This document shows, piece by piece, positions 1 to 9,500 of a DNA stretch of 64,000 nucleotides (position 1 is the first letter of the stretch; every line of letters begins with the position of its first letter). The notes beneath the pieces were generated by a model. It did no database searches. It saw nothing but the letters and a program-made list of their open reading frames with translations, and was not told where the DNA came from. Origin of the DNA: Klebsormidium nitens. Its lineage: Eukaryota; Plantae; Klebsormidiophyceae. The stretch lies in NCBI GenBank assembly GCA_000708835.1, contig DF236968.1:310001-374000 (forward strand), given 5' to 3'. The position numbers were made by a program, and so were the translations under genes.

Positions 1-525
1 TTCCTTGTGTCTTGGAAAGACCCTATGTAGAGATCCTCGTTTCTTCGTTCTTCATATCCTTCTCTTGGACATTGATCTCCAATCGTGCGGACAGCTCCAA
101 AGTTTTAATTCCACAACGTCCTCACGACGTGGGGACACGAGGAAGCAGTGATGAGCAGATGATTGGTGACGTGGAATGAGCGCATCTTTGGAGTGTGGAG
201 ACACCATTCGCTCCATGCTGCTCGGTAATCTGATTGAGTGGCGGATTCATGGAACCTCTGAATAGCTCGAACGAAAGGAAATCCAAAGCACAGTCGCTGC
301 TTCACGCTCTGGTTCTTGCAGATCCAGAAGCTTTCGCTCCTACTTGAAAGGGTTTTGATTGAATATCGGGTCGCAATCTAAACCCCATCCTCTCTCAATG
401 CTTCTGATCCATGATTACTAGAGCTGCTAAATGGAGCAGGTGACTCTCAGAACTCGTCCAGGAAGCCCGGGGAGACTCTTCGAGGGAAATCCTTGATCGC
501 AATCCTGAACTCCAAACCTTTGCAG

Positions 526-3500
526 GCCCGGTTCTACCAATCCTACAGCGGCTACAACGACGAGCTCCTGTGGGCGGCCACGTGGCTGCACCGCGCGTCG
601 GGCGACGGTACGTACCTTGACTACGTGGTTAACAACCAGGGACCGCTGAACGCGGCCGGCTCCGCGACGGAGTTCAGCTGGGACAGCAAAACCGCCGGCG
701 CCGACATTCTGCTCGCGCGCCAAGCGCTCAGCTGCGGGCAGACAAACGAGCTGTACACGCATATACGTATGGCGGCGGAAACGGTGAGGGGCCTAGAGAG
801 TGCGGTGATATTCTCCGGTTGGTGCTCGATTCGTATGATTTGGCGCGTGGGTTTCAGGTTCTCGCTATGCTTGATCGAAGAAGCACGGGGTCCGCCTTTT
901 GAACGCTAAGCTTCGGTTTGCAAAGGGAAGCAACAGAGGAAAGCAAAAGAAGCGAGGGTGTCGTTTGGGCTACCATTCGCATCCGTTCTTCGATTACCTT
1001 TTCTGGAAAACACAATATTGCCGTTCAGCATGGTTGCAGAATTCATTGCCGTCGTCTCTTGGCTTCTCGCTGAGGTCATGAAGGTCTTTGCACTTAATGA
1101 CGGCACGACCTCCATCCTACCATGGTAGCTTACCCCAGATTCTCAACGGCATCCTACCTCTGCTGGTTTGATAATCTCTCCACTGTTCCTCTTGTGCTAC
1201 TTGATATGCCAGGTGCAAAAGGCCTGACCTTCTTCCTATTAGGAAACTTCCCGCAGCGCTGGCGACAGCAGGGTTCTTATTGCTGACGTCACGATCGTCT
1301 TTGCAGTTCGCTTGCTACTACGTGAATCGACTAGTGTTCACCACCGCCAGACGGGCTGGCCTATATCATTGTTGAGTTCTTCACGATGCTCTTGATGACG
1401 TCAATTCCCTTGCCGACTTCATAATCTCCTTTGCAGTTCGTGTGCTACTTCGTCAACAAGCAGGTGCCCACCACGCCAAACGGCCTGGGCTATTGCCAGG
1501 ACCCCACCCTGACATCGGCTCCGACGTAAGCATCTACCTCCTTGCTGACGTCATGATTCTTGTGCAGTACGTGTGCTACTACGTCAACCGCCAAGTGCCC
1601 ACCACGCCAGACGGCCTGGCGTATATTCGGGACGGGTCAAACATGCAGTACTCCAACAACGCCGCGTTCTTGTCCATAGTCTACAGCGACTATCTCTCCG
1701 CGGCGGGGCAAAGCCTGACGTGTAACAACAACGGCGGAGGAACGGTGACGTACTCTCCCGCTCAGGTATGTGACGGCACGTTTTCAGTGCTTTTCTTTTT
1801 GATTCAGAAAGCCAGTTTCTTGAATAAGCGGTTCCGTCGATGATTTAAGACGACCATCTCTTCCGTGGCGGGGCAAAGCCTGACGTCTACCGTCGACGGT
1901 GGGTAAACGGTGACATACTGCCCCGCTCAGGTGCGCGACGTCCCGTGCTGTTGCTTGTCTGAGTGCTTTTTTCGCAGACTAGGTACCGCTATCTTAAGCT
2001 GGGACTTGAAGCAGCACATTTCAAGTCATGTGACGTCATGAAGAAAAATCAACGAGCCCACCATCGGGGCCAACTCTCATTCGCTGTGGTAGATTTTGGA
2101 GTCGGCTCGACCCCGTCTGCTATTGAAAATCTGCACTCTGGATCCGCTTTCTGGTGAAATTTTGGGGCCGCGTCAGAATGTTTCCTCGCAGGAATTCTCT
2201 CCTTCTACGAAAGGAATGAAAGCACCCCTGACCGCGTCGAAGTTCGTAACGGCCTTGGTCATCTGTTTCTTGTGCGAATGGCTACCTGATTCTCGATTCT
2301 GAAACCAGTGATAACCAATCATTCCGGTGTCTTTATCAAGGCCAGCTTGTCCCTCAGTCTAACAAATGATCATTTCCCGCCCCCAACCGTTTTTCGGTTT
2401 CCAAACGCTCAGACCCGACCGCTTGTCCCGAGCAGATCGTTACCTGGGCGCGCACTCAGATTGACTACGTGCTCGGCGGTAACGCGGCCGGTCGGAGCTA
2501 CATGGTGGGCTTTGGCAGCAACTACCCGACGCGTGTGCACCACCGGGGGGCGTCGGTTCCTTCTCCCCCCCCTAACTACTCCTGTGGAGAAGGCTTCCAG
2601 TTCTATCATACGAACAACTCTGACCCGTGAGTCGTGCTTCTTGCTCTATACAACAGAAGCGCGTTGCTTTTTGAGCAAATGAGAAACGGAAAGTCGTCCT
2701 TTGAAAGTTTTGAATGTTTGTAAGGCTCAGGATCTTTTAAACGGTGGTGAAACTGAGGCGTGTAGAGAAAGGAGAAAAAAGGAGGATGGAGATGTGAGGC
2801 TCTACCTTAGACAAAACTAGTTTGGCAGTCCCCTCCGATGTGAAAATGGTTTTCGTTTACCCGCAAGCTAGTCTTGCTGCCTCGAATGTGCACGAGGAGC
2901 AGTGAATTGGCTTCGCCAATACTTGACGACGTCCCTGGAAATAAACAAATCCTCTTCGCCTTCGTGTTTCGAGCTTCTGCAAATCAGTTTGTTTGACATA
3001 AACCGGCGATCAACGAGAAGATAGCTGTTAAGAGGCGGTGGCACTCGTTTTTACCGTCATCTGACAACCTCTTTCTGAACCTACAAGTGTTTCTCGTTCT
3101 CGAGAAACAGTAAGGGTGCGCGGCGACCGAAAAGCTGCAAAAAGCTTTCCAGATTTCTTAGCCAATCGGAGGGCTTTTCAGATCCACGTAGCAGACTAAG
3201 GTAAATACCAGAGGAGGTGTATGGCTTGAACAGTACCGTACCTTTTAAATATCGGTACTACGAAGGCAAGACGGGACGCCAAGTAGGTTTTCGGTCGACG
3301 CGCAACCTAAGAACATAACCGGTCTGATATGTGCTGTTGAAATGGATGTTTTGACCACTCTAAACCTCATCCCTATTCCCTCCAGCCACGTCATCACCGG
3401 GGCAATCGTGGGCGGCCCCTTCCAAGACGGAAGCTACGCCAACATCCGCGACGCCCGTGATGGGATTGAGGGTTACAAGCAATCGGAGCCGACCACGTAT

Positions 3501-5343
3501 ATAAACGCGGGCTACATGGGCGCGCTCGCGCGCCTTATCCGCGGGACCTCGGGGGTAGAGCCCGGGTGCACAGCTGTCACTGTGGGGGATCCCTCTCCGA
3601 CTACCCCAGAACCGACCACCCCTTCCCCGACCACTCCCGCCCCGACCACTCCTCCCCCGACCACCCCCACCCCGGTTACTCCTAACCCGACTACTCCGAA
3701 CCCGACCACTTCCGCCCCGGTTACTCCCAACCCAACAAGTCCCGCTCCGATAACACCTGCCCCGACCACTCCCTCTCCGACAAGTCCTGCCCCGACCGCT
3801 TCCGCTCCAGTGACACCTTCCCCAACCACCTCAGCACCAGTCACTCCTACCCCGACCACTTTTGCCCCGACCACTCCTTCTCCGACAAGTCCTGCCCCGA
3901 CCACTTCCGCTCCAATAACGCCTTCTCCAACCACTTCAGCCCCAGTCACTCCCGCCCCGACCACTTCTGCCCCGACCACTCCCCCCCCAATTACTCCGTC
4001 ACCCACTTTGTCTGCCCCGATCACTCTTGCTCCGACCGCCCAAACGCCAATCACACCTTCTCCGACCGCCCAAATGCCGATCACTCCTTCTCCGACCGCC
4101 CCACCTCCGACTAGTCCTTCTCCGACCAGCGCCGGGCCTTGCCCCGGGCCCACCGTTTACCCGGCGGGGGGTGTCTGCGACTCGGCCTCGGCGACTCCCA
4201 ACCAGGTTAGATTAAACTTCGCTGCATAAAGTAGCTGGAAAAGCCGACCTGCCAAAGCCTACTGTGCTTTGCAGGTAAAGCATACCACAATTGGAATAGG
4301 AAACTTTCTTCTTGCTGCCCGGACGCTGCAGGGGTCGGGTTCACGGAGCTTACCCATCATTCGGAGAAAGGTGCGGGGACTTTGTTGGGAGCGAAGCTCC
4401 ATTGAAATTCCGCCTTTCTACGCGTCGACACGAAAGTGGTGAAGATATTTGCCAGCCATTCAAATGAAGGGGGACGTTCCGCAAAGCGTCAGCAACAATC
4501 CCTTGGTGACACAATGACGATGAGAGTAGTCGCATACGAAGCCCGTCGTTGCAGCATCATTTGCCATCACCCAGATTCTGTGCTGGAGTATCCTGCCGCT
4601 AAACTTCACCGTCCGGCGTTACGGGTTACACAACGTCTCCTTACACGAGAATTTGCAACTCTCAGCAGATCGACCCTGAATCACCTGTATGCATTCCATT
4701 TCCGTTCTCCTCACCGTTTCCGTTTCCGTTTCTCCCAGTGCTATTCCGCCGACGGCTCCTTCTACGTCTGCTGCTTGGGGAACTGCCCCAGCACCCCCGG
4801 CACCCGCCCCTTCTGCGCCGACCCCCCCCCCGGAGACTGTTTCCCGACCCTCCCTCCAACTCTTGGGCAAACCCCCCCACCTAAGATCGATTCGCCGACT
4901 CCCGCGCCAACCGCCCCGACTCCTTTTACCCTTGCGCCAGTCGCACCGATTCCTGCCCCCGTCTCGGCTACCCCGGGCTGCCCTACGGTGCGATCGGCGG
5001 GTGGAGTTTGCGATCCGATGTCACAGATGCCAAACCAGGTGGGCTCGTTTGCCTTTCCCAGAGCGGGTCTCGCTTTATGCTGCAACGTTGGTTTGGCGAT
5101 ACGAACGGCGCCTTTCTGAACTTCTAACAAAAAGCCCGCCCCCGATCGCAAGCACTACAAGTTGGACGAATCGTTACGAATCGTTACGTATCGTCACCTA
5201 CTCTTGCCTAAGCTGATGTCACCTATTTGTTTTTCCAGTGCTACAGCGCCGACGGCAGCAGCTTCATCTGCTGCCCCGGTTCCTGCTCGAGCGCCCCCAG
5301 CGCCGTTCCAACGTGCGCGTCCGTCCTCCCCGGCTGCCCATAA
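526..5343 (+). CDS. Glycoside hydrolase family 9 endo-1,4-beta-glucanase (5' part outside window) with Pro/Thr linker and two C-terminal Cys-rich modules
   Basis: Phase-consistent exons: 526-783 (FYQSYSGYNDELLWAATWLHRA...FSWDSK), 1568-1765 (TPDGLAY...NMQYSNNAAFL), 2436-2626 (QIDYVLG...SYMVGFG..YPTRVHHRGAS), 3386-4205 (GAIVGGP...YKQSEPTTYINA + linker), 4739-5038, 5239-5343 (TAA). These are GH9 hallmark motifs including HHRGAS and the catalytic-acid EP motif. Confidence 0.93.
1270..1567 (+). repeat. Tandem degenerate copies of the acceptor and 5' part of GH9 exon 1568-1765
   Basis: TTGCAG|TTCGCTTGCTACTACGTGAATCG at 1301-, TTGCAG|TTCGTGTGCTACTTCGTCAACAAGCAGGTGCCCACCACGCCAAACGGCCTG at 1431-, versus the real GTGCAG|TACGTGTGCTACTACGTCAACCGCCAAGTGCCCACCACGCCAGACGGCCTG at 1562-. 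Each is preceded by TGACGTCA. Confidence 0.85.
1852..1940 (+). repeat. Degenerate copy of the 3' end and donor of GH9 exon 1568-1765
   Basis: GGCGGGGCAAAGCCTGACGT...ACGGTGACATACTGCCCCGCTCAG|GTGCGCGACG mirrors 1703-1775. The copy has TAA at 1904-1906 in the homologous frame. Confidence 0.85.
3595..4135 (+). repeat. Coding 15-nt / 5-aa periodic Pro/Thr/Ser linker (PTTPx / PVTPx / TSAP)
   Basis: ORF 3342..4229 reads PTTPEPTTPSPTTPAPTTPPPTTPTPVTPNPTTPNPTTSAP..., about 180 aa. Confidence 0.9.
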
Positions 5344-6518
5344 GTCCGCCGGCGGAAGCGGAACCGTATTCCGCTGCTCCCAAACGGCGGCTGCTGACAT
5401 CACAAAAGAGGACTCGCGCGGAGGTTCCGTGAGGGGTGACGGATTCCCCAGGAATAGAGAAAACTGCGAGTTGATAACCTTATTCATTGCCCAGAGATGC
5501 GTCGGAATCCGTTGAGCGGAATTGGGATGGTAACGACGGACGGAACTGCTCCTAGCGTACATGTTCTGCGTGGAAAGCTCGCGACAACCAGGTCTACAGG
5601 TCTACAAACATCATTGCACAGTCTTTGGTTACGATTTGCTTACGGTGGGGTTCATTGCCCCGAGTCATTGACTTGAACTTTGAGTCTAGAGTTGGGTCAT
5701 CGTAGCACAGCGCAAAAAGCAGACTCCGAACATGGTTATTCCTCGTCAAGTAGATCTTGATTCGCATGGCAAAAGTCAGGAAATTGTCCGGTGAGGTATT
5801 CGAACTCATCCGCGTAAAGAAAACAGACTCGTTAAGATACTAGACGCCGCGCCGTACTGTACGTTTTGCTACAGAACGGTATCGCGAAATTCAAGGAGCC
5901 AATGTCTGCCTTTAGGCGACCGGTTTTGAAACCAACTGCACTCGAAGGACAGTGTAGGAAAAGTACTGACAGACATGTCACACAGTCTAAGGTATCCTTG
6001 GTCATTCTTTTCAAGTTGTTTCTGATTGCACGATGGGTAGTCTGTTTTTCTCCAACACGGCAGAAACAGCGAGTTCCAAGGCACTAGATCCGATACCCCA
6101 CGCTCCGAGACAAGTCTAACAAATCAGAGGCACTTGCAAGCGTGCGGTCATACTAGTTGCGCCCATTCTTGGAGGTCTGATTTAGGAACTAGAATGGGGA
6201 ACATGTACGTGTCAAAAAATTCATGTTCCGCTTCGAGATGCAGATTGCTCAATTGGATCGCCTCCTTCATGCGATGCGTCTCCATACGATTTTTCTGGAG
6301 CACATGCTGGAGTGTTCTGGACTCTGTTCCGTTAGCAAGAATCAGTCAACACCAAATCTCTACTCAATCCGATAAAAAACAGTCGTTTATTTGGGACGCA
6401 ACAGGCACATCGTATCTGCAACCTGCCACTTCTATGACAAGATATGGGGCTCCAACGTTGACTAGTTGTTTTGCGTTCAATGGCGTGTAGTCTTCGTCCA
6501 AGCCCGTAGTCGCGTCTC

Positions 6519-9500
6519 CTAGCCATCCTCTGACGTATCCTCGACAATCTCTGCCGCATCCTCAACGTATTTGCTCCACTGCTTCGACGCTGCCATCTCC
6601 TTCAACCTTGCGACTGAGAGCTCATGCAATTTCCCCGCCTTCTCATACAGCATCGCATCCCAGCTGTTCAGTTCCGCCAGCTTTGCCGTAGTGGCCTCTG
6701 ACAAGCTGGATCGCACCACCATTCCCGCGGACTCGTCCAGCGTGGTCGGGTTGGTTTCGGTGCCTTTCAGCGGACCCACCGTTCTCTTCATGTTGAACAG
6801 GCGCGAAACCAAAGGGGCCAACGGCTCGACGTCCGACATGTTCTCCGCCAGAAACACGAGCGCGAAGTTCCGCAGGTTGCGCAGCGCGCACTCGTAATGC
6901 GCGCGCGTGATTTCGGTGAGCGCCCCGAGCGGCGTGTCTTCTCCGAGACGCCCCTCAGAGCCCCGGTCATCAGAGCCCCGAATATGCAGGAAACAAACAA
7001 TCAAAAGGTTCTCACAGGATCCTCAGAGACTACACGCGAAGCCCCTTCTCCTATAAGGGTGAAGACCCAAAATGCAGATTGTCCGCTTATTGTAGACGTG
7101 GTACAAAGGGAAAGTTGAGCATATTCGTACAAGCATCGAGGAAGCGCGCAAAAAACGATCGGGCGAATTAAGCTATCCAAAGGCTCGATAATAGCACCTC
7201 AATAACGTGTGCCCGTTCTCCACCCTACCCTCAGAATCGTACGTGATAGTTTCCCAAAGTTCCGATTATCAGAGCCACGGTCATCAGAGCATGAAGCTTC
7301 AATTTAGCAAAAATGAACATTAGCAAAAGTAATCTGACCATCCTGTGACGGGTGGGGTTAGTTTGGGGGTTTAAGGTGGGTACGGGTGCGGAGCGGGTCA
7401 TTTTGTGGGTTAGGTTTTTAGTGTTAGTGTCGGAGCCTACTTTTGCTAGAGCTTACTTTTGCTTAATCGAAGAGTCATCATCAGAGCTTCGGTTCCTCAC
7501 CCCCGTCTCCTCGTTGCACAAAACGCGCGTCATGTGGTTGCTCTTCTGGAAGCCGCCGAACCGGAATCCGTCATCCCAGACGAAATCGTCAAACGTCGCG
7601 TTTCCGGCGGAAACGATCCCCGACAGCTTCCCCAGTTGGATGTTCCAGTTCCACCAGCTGACGACACGTGACACCGGGTGACGCAGCGTGGTGACGTACG
7701 CGAAGGCGCCCCGGTGGCCGATCGAATGGATGCCGTACGAGAAGTGACCGCTGATGAGGCGGGAGCTCTGGAAGGTGCGCGCGACGCGCGCGCGTTCTGG
7801 CTCTGGCAGGCGGTGATATTTCGCCTCGTATGTGTATGAGAAGATCCACGGGATGCAGTCGAGATCCTCCCAGGCGGGGCTACAAGGAAGACAATTTCGT
7901 TGGTAAGCTGAAGCGCTCTTTTCTCTTTTCTTTGGGCGTCCATCCCACTCGCTCACGAGCTTCAGGTCGCCGCAAACAGCAATTGCGCAACGCAAAACTG
8001 TGGCCGACACGGCACCTATGACGCGACTCGGATGCACGAAACCACTTTGTATTGCTACATATCTCAAACAAGGAGAAATAGTAGCAACTATGTCCCAGTC
8101 TATCGTAGCCCGTTGCTCCTGGGATCACCTGTGACGGTCAAAGACTCGGAAAACGTAAAGAAAAGGGTTGTCGGGTTCGCAGCCACTTAAGTAACTTTTT
8201 CGAAAGCGTCAAAAACAGAGAAAGGGCTGACTCGTGAACATTAAGCCCTAAGCTTGTGACGAAGACACAAACCTTCTAAGGTGAACACGCCTAACGGTCA
8301 AGAGTAAATTGCAACGGCATTCGCTGGTTCAAACGCAAAGTCCGTTAACGACTTACTCATCCCAAGCCGTCAGTCCGGTGCAGCTGTCCGGCTTATACTC
8401 CGCATAGTGCAGGAGGATGAAGAGCTGGTTGCACTTCTCTTCTTCCAGTCGCTCGAGCGCGCGAATGTTGGGCTGACACTCCGCCATGTTGACGTGCGTG
8501 GAAAACATGACGTCCAACGTGCTGCTGGCCGCTTTCTGGATCCGCAGAAGGAACACCGTCGCGCGGCCCGCGAGGAACTCCTCGTGGAGCGGCTCCAACG
8601 GAAGAAGGTCAATGCTCCTGTACAACAAAGTTGATGATTTTGTCGACCTCGTTAACACAGGAGGTTTCGGCTGCTAACCAGGCTGACTAGGTATATACCA
8701 GACTTGACTCTTGGGTTATTGGAGAACTAACCCGGTTTTGACCTTGTCTCAAGGCTGTTTTAACGCCCTGGTTACTGGAACAATAACCGTCGCGCGGCCC
8801 GCGAGGAACTCCTCGTGGAGAGGCTCCAACGAAAGAAGGTCGATACTCCTGTCAGAAGCAAGGTTATTGTCACACTTGTTTGGACACGTGCAAACGTGTT
8901 CCGGAAGTCTCTATTTCGGACAGGGACTTATTTCCTAACGGCAGTCCGAATGTGGCCCGAAGCTCATCCGAACTCGGTCCGGAATCACGCTTTCGTGTCG
9001 CTGCACCGATCTGAAAGGTGTCCCAACTAGATCTGAAACTGTCTGAACCAGATCCGAACCGCACTTCAGTTCGGATCTGGTTCGGACCTGGTTTGGACAA
9101 ACGCTTCCTCGCAGTGGTTCACGGGAAGTTTCGGCTGCTAAGGAGGCTGAATACCAGAATTAGCTCTTGGGTTATTGAACATTTAATCGGGCTTTACCCT
9201 GTTCCAAGGCCGCTTAACGCCCAAGTATGGTTACTGGATATATAACCGGTTTCTAACCCGCCCAGAACCATCCCAAAACCGTCTCTAACTAAGGGCTAAA
9301 AGTTCCTGACGTGAATGCTGTTCTTTTCTCGTCTGTGAGTCATCTTGATGACTCTAATAATCGGCAATGATCATGCACATAAAAGGAACACTCAAAACAG
9401 CGACTGTGATCGCAGATATAAGGCGTGTCCTTTTGATGCAGCGAGACTTCACTAAAGCTTTTTGATGATTTTGAATTTCATGATTTCAGAAGAGATTGTA

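Noticed and set aside
1437-1765. Mutually exclusive exon pair hypothesis for GH9
   Set aside because: The copy is 89 nt versus 198 nt, has a different end phase and lacks the conserved NMQY..NAAFL segment, so it cannot substitute for the real exon.
3512-4153. 213-aa Gly/Val-rich minus-strand ORF
   Set aside because: It is the antisense shadow of the GH9 Pro/Thr linker.
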